A DNA stretch of 57,238 nucleotides, filler included, from Sphacelaria rigidula (Eukaryota), in the NCBI GenBank assembly GCA_964200075.2. It is 7 parts of 7 records of this genome, joined end to end, with 100 filler letters (N's around TTAATTAATTAA, not from the genome) between each part and the next. Parts side by side here need not be neighbours in the genome. Positions count along the whole stretch, not along the records: positions 32,766 to 40,856 come from CAXNAA020012335.1; positions 40,957 to 49,047 come from CAXNAA020012336.1; 5 more parts are not named here. One strand, written 5' to 3'. The notes beneath the pieces were generated by a model. That model saw only the letters and a program-made list of their open reading frames with translations. It ran no database searches and was not told where the DNA came from. Positions within the stretch are counted from its first letter, which is position 1. Every line of letters begins with the position of its first letter. The position numbers and the translations under genes are program-made. This document shows positions 35,362 through 48,258 of this stretch, one piece after another.

Positions 35362-36991
35362 GATATCCTGCGTCGCGGGCGGGTGTACCAACAGAATACG
35401 ATGATGTGTGACCCAAAATACGCGGAGAGAGTTTGGTAACAAGGCACAAAACTTGCACAAAAGGCAGAAGAGATCTCGGGCTACCAAAGTACTACGTTGT
35501 GTTTGGTGCTCCTTTCCCCAGTACCGCCAAGTTACCTCCACATAGTGTCTGGGCAGTCAAACGGTTCGCCGCATTACTTCACTGAAAGTGTGTAGTATCG
35601 TAAACAAAGGTAAGCTATATGCTCAACCTTGGCTCAACGGGGCAAATGAAATGGTGAGGACAGATGGATGCAGTGAGGTACAAAAATATCCTCGGCTGGA
35701 TGACCGATGGGCGAGGGATATCATCAGGTATGACACTCCCGAAATTCACCGTCAATCGCACCCATCGAAACAAGGAGCATAAAAAACAACACCCCTGTCG
35801 GAGGCAGGGGTTCACACACGGTTCACACAAAGGCCACGCACAACTGACCATTCAGAAAGAGGGCACCACACTGGATTGCGCGTGGCGGCTGATGGAGGCT
35901 GCCACAGACGTGCCGAAGTGGTGGAGATTCTCAAGTTTCCCATGCGCACACATTCACTTCACTGACTTGTTTCGCTGTCTGAAGGACGATTTCGAACATG
36001 GGGACGGAAATCATTAGCGAAACTCACCTTTATGTTGGGAGCGAATACTCAATCGACCTCAAGGCAGACAGATGAGAACAAACAACTTCCGTGTTTGCCC
36101 CTCTGTCGATGCCGTGGTGAAGAGGAGGGGGGTCGTGCTTGATACGGTAACCCGTAAGCGATATATCTGAGAAGCGCTCGAATTCGCTCTGAGAGGACCA
36201 ATTAGGCTCCAGTCACTTCAATTTTCCGAAGTGAAATATATCGAATCTTCCCGCACTAATGCAACGAATTCGTTCAAGGCCTTGTCAAGATCCAGAAATA
36301 TCACGAGAGCTCTCTCGCGAAAATTGTCTTGCCATGCACAGGCGAAGCACCTGTGTTTCAATATCAGAGCAAATACAAGTGTTATTTCCAACGGTTCTCA
36401 ACTTAGGGGAACGTCGAGAGCAATTCCATTCCATTTCTCCACAGAACGACAATTTCACGCGTACGAGAAGATGTTCTCGTGTCATCAAATTTCTGTTGTG
36501 GCGCCGAGCTTCACCGCCTGAACTTCGTTGCCCGCAGCAGCACTTTTTTTAATACTGTGGTCGTGCCTAGGGCAGACCCCCACAACCTCAGGGTTCACTG
36601 TCTAGTTTTCGTTGGGATTGGGGTTGGGGCTACGGCTAGGGTTGGGTTAGGGTTGTAGGATGGTCGACAGTACAGTGACACGACGAGTCAGTTCGTAGAC
36701 ATTCCTAGCATTGGGATGTCTCTCCGGTAGTGGTGGAATAATCATCAATCCTTCCGCGATCGGGTGGATCTACTTGATCCTGAATTTCCTATAAAACGCA
36801 TACGATCGTACAGACGGGGCGTTTCTGAATTTCTCTTCGAAAGAAAGTCATGTATGTACTATTTTCCGTCACCAGCTTGCAGTAAGCTTTCTACCTGCAT
36901 GATTCACATTCTACTTTATCACGGTTTGTTCTGTCTGCCTATTACGCCTCCACGCCGTATAGCATAAACAGTTGCCGTATATTGTTGTGCG

Positions 36992-37345
36992 TAGTGTGTG
37001 TTGTCGTCCCATCTCTCTTAACACCAGTCTACAACAGTACACCTTTCAGTGTATGTAGGCGCATCAGCCGGGGTCACACGGGGAGAAGTCCCACATTTTT
37101 TTTCATTGTCAATTAACAGTAGTAGTATCCTATCTTCCGTCTCTGGCAGTCTCCAGTGCTGCCCTTTCGTTCTACGATATTGCTAAGAAAAGGGTTTGGC
37201 GGTCCCGGTCCCTTTCCCCCATCGTCGACCGCGAAGTCGAACTCTAACTCTATGTACTCACGACATACCGGTAGTCGCTCTCCACTGTTGGGCAAGATGT
37301 GAGAAAAAAAACAGATCGTGTGACTGCTTCCATATTCGAATGCAC
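36992..37345 (-). mobile_element. SINE copy (diverged)
   Basis: TGTTGTCGTCCCATCT...GCGCATCAGCCGGGGTCACAC tail and CGCTCTCCACTGTTGGGCA body; another tail fragment at 40777-40856. Confidence 0.7.
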
Positions 37346-38116
37346 GTCCCAACTGCCATCCGTAACTTTTTATACGGATGTAAATCATGTATTTATACGA
37401 ACCACGAAAATGAAGAAGAGTAATGCGTCGATCGTGATGAATGCACGATGCAGTTCAGAGAGCACACCTACACTGCACTGCTGACTGTACTGTACCGTGC
37501 ACGTGCATCGCGGATGACCATAAGACACAGATATGATGGTGGCAGTGAGCATATGTATGGCATGCGTCTGTAGATGCAAGTTCACTTAACCCTCACAACT
37601 TCGTCCACTGCTCTCTACCGCAACCGGAGCCCTGCGACGAGCCGCTGACTGCGTGTATTATGAGGACCGGCTCTATCCCCTGACCACGAAGAGTTCGAAA
37701 TCTTCATTGTTGGAGGGGGCGAATCTATGAACTGATTAATGAAGAGATGCATTGGCATGCGTGATAAACTGCTTCGCGGTCGAACGGATATACGTGCGAA
37801 AACTGTTCGCTTCCTGAACATGAGACACTTTTGGGGAAACACTAGAAGGGCTCCTGTACGAGTAGTCTTGCCCAACAGTCTGATACGTCCCACAAATCAG
37901 CCTTGATCGCGGGTATGGACCGTAAGTACTCGTTTGCCGACAAGAATTCAGTTGTGTACCTTTTATGTTCCACTTCACCGTTTGGACTTTAGGAGGTATA
38001 ATTTCGTCTTCTTTGAGACAAAGGCCAACCCCAAGTCTGGTGCCGCTCTAGACAGACCTGCGGCATTGAAAGGTTTGGGGGGGAGGGGGGTTCTGTACAT
38101 AAAACAAATATCAAGC

Positions 38117-38206
38117 ATGGGAGGTTATGCGAGTACTCCCAAGAAAGGGAAGATATCGGAGGAGGGCAGCGAGGGCAGAATTCGATATGCTGCCAGTGGA
38201 ATGCAG
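38117..38206 (+). CDS. Protein phosphatase 2C (PPM family), first exon
   Basis: MGGYASTPKKGKISEEGSEGRIRYAASGMQ|GTatat matches the PP2C N-terminus MGxYLSxP...RYxxSxMQ(GWR); the next exon was not found in the scaffold. Confidence 0.85.
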
Positions 38207-40856
38207 GTATATTTCTAGTCTTGATTTACTCAAACGGGCGTCTTTGCTGCTGATGCTGCCTGTTCAACGTGACGTGATCCTCTCCGCTAGTCAAAAGGGT
38301 AGTGGAGGGCACACATGGTTTTGCTGTATCGTTGGGGAAAGTAATACATACTGCATGGCCATGTTGCTGTTGTCTCTTGTTGATTGTTTTTGTTTTCTCC
38401 CACCTCCCCTTTCTTTGCGTGCCCACAAAAGGAGCAAAGTGCGTGATTTGAACGCGAAAGAAAGCCAAACGGTACGTTTGTTTTACAACACAGACAGTGC
38501 AAGTATAATATGTAGACCACAAGCAGTAAATTACAATAGAGCAGTAGTAGTAGTACCGGATGGTCAGGTGCGTTGCTTTGCCCGTCAATCCGACGGTCCT
38601 ACCGGATTACACATAACCTCAACCAGCGAGTGAGGTAATGCTGCACCCATCCCGGTAGAAGCCAGACAACAGGCACTTAAGGCCGGGAGTAGGGGCGCTG
38701 CTGACAGTAAGTTAATGTGAGCTGTTCACAGGATGAGCACCGTACATGGTAGACATCTGTCCTGCACTGTTGTGGTCGTTTCAATTGAAGAACTGGGACT
38801 TTCGTCAAGTGCGCACCGACGCACGGTGCTCTACTGTCTGTACAGCAGACGGTACAAACAGTACCTCACTACGTTGTTGTACTGCTGTTCTGTTGTTTTG
38901 TGCTCCGTGGTTGACTCTATAAAGAGTTCAAACACGGCATGTACTCAAGCATGGTGGCACCATGCAGAACGGTCCCCGTGCTTGATATCCGCACTTGCGG
39001 GACTTCACCTTGTTCCCCACCTTGGTGGCGAACACCGATTTTGCTTATGGCGTCTTCGAAGGTTTGAATATTCTCATGTACGTATTCAACAAACTGTGTT
39101 CATTGGACTTCTCCTCCACTTCAGTTATTCCCATCTTGAGACACATGAGCAAGGCATGTATGTACTCTTGGTTGCCTTATGCGGTACACGGACGTTAAAT
39201 CTGGTTGTCTAATGCGCATGATGGGTAAATTATCTTTGGTACATAAACATTTACGCAATACTGGAGGGGTAATATTTCACCGAGCCCCGCAGATCTTGAT
39301 GTTATTTTACGGTTGGTAATTGGAGGAGAGATGGGGGGAGGTTCTCTCCACTTTTGGGATGTTTGGGCCCGCTTTTGGCCCCCAAACGCGGAAAATTGCC
39401 AACCCGCGCCTTGGGCAATTTGTTTCACCTCACAAACGAAGACTTGACCACTTTTCCAATTCGCCGAGGTTTTGGGACTTGCCTCTAAACAAAAATAGAG
39501 CTGGACGAAAAAAAGCGACGACGGCAGGTATTGTCACTTTCATCGCCAACACACGTCTTGGACACTACGCTTCACCCCACAGAGAGGAGTCTAGCCCACT
39601 TTTCCGATTCGCGTGGCTCCGCGGTCTCGAGAATGGCCTTTGTACAGAGATACAGCTGAAGAAAAAAAGCGGTGCCTGTGGGCATCAAATCCTTGCAGAC
39701 AGCATTTTTTTGTCTAGCTGTATTTCATCAAAATACCTGCAAGACTCCGTATTTTTATAATTTTGTTCTTTCTCGAAACCTATATTATGAGCCAAGCGAA
39801 TCTGAAAAGTGGGCATGTCTCCATGAGGTCAAGGAAATTGTCCAATACGTGTTGATCGGACTAATTGATTGCCGCACTTTCACTGACTCTCTAGGGATCC
39901 AGCCGGGGCCATGTGATGGGCGTACCCGAGAGGAACCAACACTGAAACACGAGCGTTGGCGATTTTCCCTGTTTGGGGGCCAAAAACCGTGTCAATAACC
40001 CAAAGATGAGAAATCACGCCCACCGAAAAGCCAACTGCCAGAAACGGTTGGGCCAAATCTCACGAGAAGCAAAGACCACGAAGAAAAAACATTTTCCACC
40101 ACTTTTGTCCAGAGTTTTTGCTGGACAACTCTACTCATCATTCGTGAACAGAAAAACGCCAAATCAAAATCTCAAGCTCTTGATATTTAGCGACAAAAAA
40201 CAAAAAACCGACGACCCCCGACAAAAACTCATGGCCAAACAAAAAATCGTCTGGGTGGAAAACGCCTCCTCTGGACACCAGCAGTGCTACGGCTGTTGGT
40301 ACGGCCCAAACTTCGCACACACTCCAGTCGTCAGCGCAAGGAGAGAGATGAAAATCAGAGGCTGCGACTCGTCCGATGGCGACATCTCGTGACTGTGGGG
40401 TTGGCCGGTGTGGGCAACCTGAACATCGTGGTGTTCTCGCGGCCCGCCAAGCACGGCGCATGCTCGATTGTATGGATGATCTCGTTGATGACACCTACGA
40501 CTGTATGCGTAGCAGCTGCTTGCTGTGGAGAGGTACCTATCTACCATATCATACCACTGTTGTCTTTACCTATCTACAAGATACCACGAGTACAGTAGGC
40601 TACTGCTGGTGTCTGTACCGACTACGGAGACGACAGACAGTATGTCCAGACACAAACGACGGTAATTGTGCCATACGACTTACTGACTATACAGCAGAGC
40701 AAGTGGTCGTACTGTGACAGTACGTTACAGACATAAAAAGTAGCAGTGTTCCTGTGTCGCGCCATTAATAACTGTTTGTGTGTTGTTTGTTGTCGTCCCA
40801 TTTATTCTGGGCACCAGTCTCCACCTTTCGGTATATGTGGGCACATCAGCCGGGGT

Positions 40857-40956
40857 NNNNNNNNNNNNNNNNNNNNNNNNNNNNNNNNNNNNNNNNNNNN
40901 TTAATTAATTAANNNNNNNNNNNNNNNNNNNNNNNNNNNNNNNNNNNNNNNNNNNN
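40857..40956. other. Artificial scaffold-joining spacer
   Basis: 44N + TTAATTAATTAA + 44N. Confidence 0.98.
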
Positions 40957-41983
40957 ATGCGTGGTCAACGATCAAACGACCAAGGCAAGCAACAAATGAG
41001 TACGCCCCCCCCCTATTCTCGATGCAATGGTCTTACAACTATGGCATACATGATCATGAGTACACCCCCCTGCTCCCGAGTAATATCAAGAGAAAAAGTG
41101 TATTTTCGATTAAAAAGACACTTTATTCCGGAGGCTGAGATCTACCTTGAGACTGATTGTGAAAGACGAGCGAGGTCGGCGAGCTGCTCACTAGGTCATC
41201 GCGGAGGGTGCAAGACAATGCAGCTGGCGAGGCGGTAGAGCTTCTGATGTAAGGTTTGTTCAGCACAGTGGGGACCCTAATTAAGAGGCTTTATTTTCTA
41301 TAGTTCTCAAATTTTTCATTGTTTAGTTCATTTTCATCCATAATTTTTTTCATACTTTTCATCCATTTTCATCCGTATTTTCATGGATGAACGTGGAGAA
41401 AATGGATGAAACGTTTGGAAAAACAAATCCCGTTAATAACGGTCCTAAGTAGGTCATGCTCGCTTCTGGGGGAAGCTACTGGCCTGTTTCTATGGGCATC
41501 GGTAAAGCGTGGTGAACGTAGTGCAGGGCGTGGTGTTTTGCGTTTCATATTAGAGAGGTCTTTCGGTGCGGCGTTTGACGCCATGAGCACGTTAACTTCC
41601 TTCGCTGTTTTTTTCGTATCCTTCGTTCGCCAATTCATGACGTAATTGGCAATGTCCGTGTTCATTCGTAAATTTTCTTTCCTCGTCAAATGTGTGCATT
41701 TCATGTGCCGTGTTGCCTGAGCGGTAGATTTTATAAACGGATGAACGCTTTCAGTAAAAAAATTATATCCAGCCCCCGTCGACATCGATATTTATTTGTA
41801 CATGGGGTGTTTTGGAGTTTGATTGTCCACTCTCGCGTGTGCCACCTTAGATAATTGTCACTAGTATTTTGTATCTTGGCATGCAGGTTTTGTTTCCTCA
41901 TTGCTCATTGTTGTCCTTCCGTGTTTCCCGCGTAGTTCTTATTTGTCGTTTCCACTTAATATTGTTTCGGTTTCGTCCCTCAT

Positions 41984-42078
41984 GTGACCACGGCTGGATC
42001 CCTGGGGGGTCAGTTAAAGTGCGACAATCACTCAATTAATCAACGGAATCAATCAATCAGTCAATCAGTCAATCAGTC
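41984..42078 (+). mobile_element. 3' end of a non-LTR element with an (AATC)n-like tail
   Basis: TGTGACCACGGCTGGATCC...AATCAATCAATCAGTCAATC; inverted copies at ~4045-4111 and ~5601-5660. Confidence 0.6.
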
Positions 42079-42083
42079 AAGGG

Positions 42084-42331
42084 ATGCTACGGTAGGGGTA
42101 CCCAAATATTTTCTGAGATTTGAATTGTTAGGAGCCCTTTATCTCATCCAAAACTCGACTTATGAAATGTGTGAGAGTACGCTAGGGTCACTAGTCCAAC
42201 GTGCTGGGGATGTCCCGAATGAATTTACACACGGGGGTGCGCCCTGACCCATGTTCTTATGCATTTAGAATTTTCAGGAGCCCCTGAACGAGACAAGATT
42301 TCGCGCAAAAAGCGAACCCCTACCGTAGCAT
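42084..42331 (+). mobile_element. MITE family C, copy 2
   Basis: ATGCTACGGTAGGGGT ... ACCCCTACCGTAGCAT, a perfect 16-bp TIR; colinear with 4136-4389. Confidence 0.88.
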
Positions 42332-44247
42332 TGTTCAGCCGGAGTTTCTAGTTTCGCTTTGTTGGACTGGTTTGCGGTCACCGCTGCTGATCAGAATTAT
42401 AAAAACAAAACGTCAATTAATTGCAGCCTGAACTTTTTGTGTGCGGCGAGCCGTCTAGTTTCTTTCTGGGAGTAGGGGTTGATTCGCTCTCTCGCTATTT
42501 CAAGGTCAACACAAAAAGTTGGAAATACAAGCTATGGTGAGACCAATACTTGGAAAAAGTGGCGGCATGGCAGAGTCTTACCATGCCTTCTTTATGCCGA
42601 TGCGTTTCTTAACTCTGGGTTCCTCTCTGAACCTAAGCCATAACTATCGGGGTTGGGACTGGCTCATGGACCGACTTAGAATCCATACGTGAATATATAC
42701 AGTACGATTGTACGTGCGCCATGCAGAGAAGTGCGATCACCTCGGTACGGTACCGGGGGTTAACATTCTTAAGGTAAACGTAATAACTTCATATTTACCG
42801 TGGGAGGTGCCGTAGTCGTCCGGCCCCATCTCGTACCACACTAGTGTCGAAAAACCACGAATAAAAATAAAATGAACAACCTGGAGATTCTCTCAAAGGA
42901 GATCGATAGAGAGACGGTAAAGAAGGGCGGATGGAGGAGTAAAGAGTGGTCGGGTAAGGTACTAGTAGTGCTAGTATTCGGAACTCGTAGCGACATGACG
43001 AGAATCGAGCATATATATGCCGTATGTCAAGCGAGATCAGAGACCCCCTGTCGTACCGCACTTTAGCAGTACCGCACACTCCAGGCAAAAAGGTACGGCA
43101 AGGTAAAAAAGGCGGTAAAATGGTTCACCGTAAAATGGCAACGACGAGAGCAAGAATCGTCGGCGAAGCGCCGTTTGGAGACGGCGGAGAATGGAACAAA
43201 TGGGCGAACGAGGGAAAGTGAGGCTGCGGACGGACCGAAAAGATAGAGAAGCGGTGAAGGAGACAGGAGGAGAGGGAAAATGGCATCGGAAAGTGGGGGG
43301 GAGCCGCCCTGCACCACTGCCAGAGAAGGAACGGAGATGGAGGGGGCAGAGCGAGTGGCGAGATTCGTGACCGACTGACGACACCGCTCTCGCTTCCTGT
43401 TTTCCTTCTGTTTTCATCTTCTTTTGTCTTGTCTTGCCTTTTGTTTTGTTCCTGGTGTGGTTCGTGTGAGTTTGTTTGGTTCGATCTTGCTGCATCCTTT
43501 CCTTACCTGACCTGACCTGTTTAGTTATTCACGTTGCCCATTTTGAAGGCTCGTTTTTTTTCTTGCCCTTTCATCCTTTGGCCCTTGTTTCGTCGTCTTA
43601 CCGTCCCTTGCCTTGCCTTGCCCTGTCCTGAATCGTTCAGTATGCGGAGCTATATATAGTTTCCCTGCTTTTGCCTTGTTGGTATCTTGCGTATGGCCCG
43701 CGTACAATACCATGTAGTCGACGATTTCCCTCCACTTCTCTTTAATTTGTTCTTTCGAGCCGTACGTAAATTCTTCATATATATATTTTTCATGCTGATA
43801 CGTGTATAGAACCCCGCCCTTAGGGGCGCCGTGTTTTCCTATCCTAGGACATACTACTTATTTGTTTTCACTGTCTTGTCCTTCTGTGCCATGGCTTTGT
43901 GGCCGCGGGTGCTAGATTTCTGGAAAATGGCTCATGCGAGAAACAACAATAACAACAACAATCACTCCTTTGTACCGCAGAGATACCGCGCCAATCAAGC
44001 TCTCCGTACCGTGCACACCCTGGACAATATATGGCCAGTCAATACTTATACGATGGACAAAAATGTACTGCTTAAAGTATAGGACTGTTATTGCATAGAA
44101 ATGTACTGCTTCGGGCCTATTGCAACAGGGCAATTCCGATTCCAATATTCAAATTGGTTGTTGTCTCAGGCCATTTCAGATTCGACATTGGATTTCTGTG
44201 ACAGAAAAACGTTTTGTTTTTTACAGAATATATTTTCAGAACCAATT

Positions 44248-44327
44248 AGAACTTTTCAAGAACCACTCAGAACTTTTCAAGAATCACTCAGAACTTTTCA
44301 AGAATCAATCAGAACTTTTCAAGAACC
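44248..44327. repeat. 21-bp minisatellite, ~4 copies
   Basis: AGAACTTTTCAAGAA(T/C)CA(C/A)TC in tandem. Confidence 0.92.
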
Positions 44328-46930
44328 TGCCCAAAACGTGACCCCTCCCACATACTTTGATCCCCACTGTTAAAACACAGAAGTCCTACAGTATACATAG
44401 CAGTACAAAGTAATACGCTGAACACAACACAGAAGTCCTACAGTGTTATTAGAACTTTTTAGAACCTGAATACGGACCGAATACAGTATGCATCAACTGC
44501 TTGCCATCGAGAATATAGAATACCGCCATATCATACTGTTGTTGCACTGCTGTTGTACAAGATACCACGGTGTGTGTACACAGTTGTCTATTGTCTGTTG
44601 TCCGTTGTACATAGTGTGTCCGCACAGCAGGCAGCAGACGGTACTTGTAGTACAATGATGGTGTGATTTTACAAGTGTCCCTCCTTGCGGAGATATACGG
44701 CCGTGTATAGTACACGCATGCTCGATTGTATGGATGTTCTGACAACACGGACTGTATGCAGTGTGCATCAGCTGCTTGCCATCGAGAGTAGAGAATACCG
44801 CCATATCATACTGTTGTTACACTGCTATTGTAAAAGACACCACGCTGTCCGTACACAGTTGTGGCTGTGTGCTGTACATGTACAGGCTATCCAAGTGGCG
44901 GCACGAGTAGTAGAAATGCGGCGGGTCTGGAAGTGGTCGTTAGTCCAAGCAGGTCCAAGGTCTGTGTAATGATGCAGACATCACGCAACAAGGCAACACA
45001 ACACCTACACACCCAGCCCCAAAAAACACGCACAGGCACCCACCACTCGCACGCATTAGTTTTACTGCTAGCCCTTGCTAATCTACACATGGCAGTCTTT
45101 CTTTGACGGAAATCCGTTCTGTATTGGACGAATGGCGGCCGCGTTCGTGTCAAAAACAACCGAAAACGTGTCGCCAGCAGATGTAAGGCGGTGCACGTCC
45201 TACAGTCGCTCTAGACACCTCGGCTTCTGCGCTGGAGCCCTGACACGAAGCAGTCGCTAGCTTTGTCTCTCTTCTGTGAACTCCCCCTCTGAAATTCGAC
45301 ACTTGAAGGGATACTCGCTGTTGAAAGGTGAAATTGCCTTTTGTGCACAGCCACACAGAACTATAAGCAGCAGTGCCTGGCGGCACGCAACTAAACTGCA
45401 TGTCGTGGCAACTTGCTTGCGGCAAGAAAAAAAAACTTGCGCACCGATTTATGTTGAATTTGCCATGTTGGACCTCCATCATAATAGCGCTATTGATCCT
45501 CAACCCAAAAGTCCTGATCGCGCAACCCGTAGAACTCGGTGACGAAGCAGAGGATTGGACTGCGGTTTCTTGCGTGCGCTTTCCACACACCTAGGCTAGT
45601 TCAACTCATTTCACTTTTTCGTTTGAGCATGATACTGCGCCGCAACAAACCCAAAGGTACAAAAATGAGGTGTTTTGCGCTTTGGGGGGGGGGGGGTTCT
45701 CGCCTCTGACGCGACGCCAGGAAAATGTGAAACCCAATTTTAATTTTCAAATTGGTTGTTGTCTCAGGCTATTTCAGATTCGGCATTAGATTCCTGTGAC
45801 AGAAAACACTCTCGTTTTTCGGAATACGTTCCAAAAAACAAGCAGAACGTTTTGAAAACTACTCGAACCATGACGCCATTATATGGAGTACAGGGTAGTA
45901 CACTCAAAACAAGATACTTTTGCAGGGGTGTATGGAGTACAGACTACTACAGTCAACACAAAACAACACAGCAGTTCTGCAGCATCACGAGAAATCACGC
46001 GCCGTTCTAATCGCGTTCCGCACGAGAAGGAGAAGAAGCAACAGCAGCAGTATCAACAGCATCTTTACTGCCAGTAGATGTACGCGGCTGGGGGTGGGTC
46101 TAAATCAGCCGGTGCTGATTCGTGTGAGTGTCAGCGCTGTCCAGCACGGTGGCCATCACTGTGCGTGGGTGTTGTAGCACGGTCGAAACGTGGACCGTCT
46201 ACCATCAAGAGCAGCAGCAGCAGCAGCAGTAACAGCAACAGCATCGCCGCCGGTTGATTCAGACCCACCCCCAGCCACGTACATTTACTGGCAACAAATA
46301 TGCTGCTGATAGTGCTGCTGCAGCTGCTGCTGCTGCTGCTTCTCGTGCGGACGGTCCACGGTACTTGACAGCCCCCCGCATACACACAAGACCTAGAGGA
46401 TCTTTCTGCACTGGAGCCCTGACATGAAGCAGCCGCCAGCTTTGTCCTTCTTCTGCCAACTCTCCCTCTGTAGTTCGACACTTCAAAGGATACTCGCCAT
46501 GCGCATTCACTGCAGTTACGTTGGTGTGTAGCGGCCACAACAGGTGCTGTTCGTGCTCTTGTCTTGTTATATTCGCAATGACGGTAAACGTGGGGTGGCA
46601 GCTCGGGGGCGTGTGCTTCCCGACTGGTACAGACAAAGGCAGGACACTCGCTAGTGCAACAAGATTGTCCATCTACTGATGTGGAGCGAGCTTTCCGGAG
46701 GAACAAAATCACCTCAATACCGACCACTCCCAGACTTGAATAAATGTACTAGAAATAGAGTCCATTTACTATTAGCCAAATCGTCATTTGTAGGTGACGC
46801 TTGTATTTTCCGATGATACTGTATGACTCGTTGGATTACCGGCCACTTCTGACGCATGTAGCGTTCAGCTTGCACTTTTCATGAACATAGTACCGAAAAT
46901 CTGCAATTCCTACCCATAACTGTACTGTTA

Positions 46931-47244
46931 ATAGTGTTTTCGTGAGATTAGGAGTAGATGACACGATTGAGAGTGGCTTTGATCATTCGCTTTAAGTGAG
47001 TCATTTTTTTATTCCACGTGTTCTTTTCTTTACCTCCATCACTTGCGTGTGCTTACAGCTACACGTTGATATCCTACCCAGGGGTATCAAGGGCCTCAGT
47101 GGCCATCATCTATTGCAGAATCTATTGCAGAAAGCATGTTGGGCCTTGTGGAAGTGCATTTCGGAACTGAAACAATTCACTCACTGATTGACCGCTTTTC
47201 ACTCTCAATCGTATCATCTACTCCCAATCTCACGAAACCACTGT
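46931..47244 (+). mobile_element. MITE family B, copy 2
   Basis: TIRs and interior colinear with 32049-32349. Confidence 0.85.
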
Positions 47245-47276
47245 TTGTTCTAATTTTTGGCCAATAACGAAACTGT

Positions 47277-47487
47277 TGTAATGAGTGAGAGGACCGCGTG
47301 CTTGGAGGACCGCGTCGGAAGTTGAACATTCCTATGGTTGGTGTTAGGGTGAAGATTAGTGTTGAAGTCAGGGTCGCGGTATCTGTACCTACAGGGACTG
47401 GCCCGATTGGTTTTGGAAAACGTCGATACTGAGGTGTTTTGAGCTACGGTGCGGTCCTCTAAGCACGCGGTCCTCTCACCCACTACA
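47277..47487. mobile_element. 211-bp MITE with TGT...ACA ends, ~37-bp TIR and a 4-bp TSD (CTGT); Ginger-like signature
   Basis: CTGT|TGTAATGAGTGAGAGGACCGCGTGCTTGGAGGACCGC ... GCGGTCCTCTAAGCACGCGGTCCTCTCACCCACTACA|CTGT. Confidence 0.8.
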
Positions 47488-48003
47488 CTGTCACCTACGG
47501 AAAACTCAAAGGTGCTCTAGAACGGTCTGAGGTGTCAACATCCTCTGAGCCCTCTTCTCGGGGCAAAAACGACGGAGAAGGATCAAGAAAACACTTTTCA
47601 ACAAGTTACATTTTTTTCGATACATAACAAGTATAACAAGTAGCCTAACAAAGGAAAGTTAAAATAGAAAATTGGAAGCGCGATTGCGAAGCAGAGCAAC
47701 CTATGAACCAACGACGAGAGAAAAAAAGGATTAAAAAAAAACCCCGATGAAAACGAAGAAAATATCTGGCCTCTGCAACATGGCTTCGGTGGAAAGGATC
47801 TTGCGCAAAAGGCCTCCCTCATACCCAATCGTACAAAACGAGGAGACGCGGTAACAAATTTCGGCTCATCTAGTTCGACCTCACTATATTGAGGATGAAG
47901 CTCTCATCCATGAACCCTACGTAAGCGAGGCACCGAACTGCTACTTGCATACGCCGGGAGAAAGTAGCAGAGAGGGAGAGAGATGGGGGGAGAAAGAGAG
48001 AAC

Positions 48004-48258
48004 GACGCTTTCTACGATAGCCCCCCCCAAAAAAAAAACTAGCCCTAAAGTGTCACAAAAAAAATCGCAATACAGCGCCTAATGTTTGAGTTCAGGCTGC
48101 ATGAAGCGCCTCATATTGGCGACATTGGCTAGAACGAACCCAAGGGTGGGAAGTTCCAGCTGCTCGTTAGGCTCGGCTTTTTCCAGATCGATTTATGTGA
48201 ACATTTTGCCTCCCAAATCCATGCACTTTTCTGGGAGGGGGCTATCGTAGAAAGTGTC
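48004..48258 (-). mobile_element. MITE family A, copy 4 (inverted)
   Basis: GACGCTTTCTACGATAGCCCC ... GGGGCTATCGTAGAAAGTGTC; interior is the reverse complement of 21448-21690. Confidence 0.88.

Noticed and set aside
36270-36330. Minus-strand VIFLDLDKA resembling a LINE RT motif
   Set aside because: Flanking residues show none of the neighbouring RT motifs; likely chance
36612-36660. Telomere-like TTAGGG words
   Set aside because: Only a few degenerate hexamers in mid-scaffold; similar words occur inside small transposons (47340-47375)
38995-39065. TDFAYGVFEG as PP2C exon 2 (resembles FGVFDGHGG)
   Set aside because: Lacks the preceding GWRxxMED and the DGHGG motif, and no phase-compatible splice sites were found
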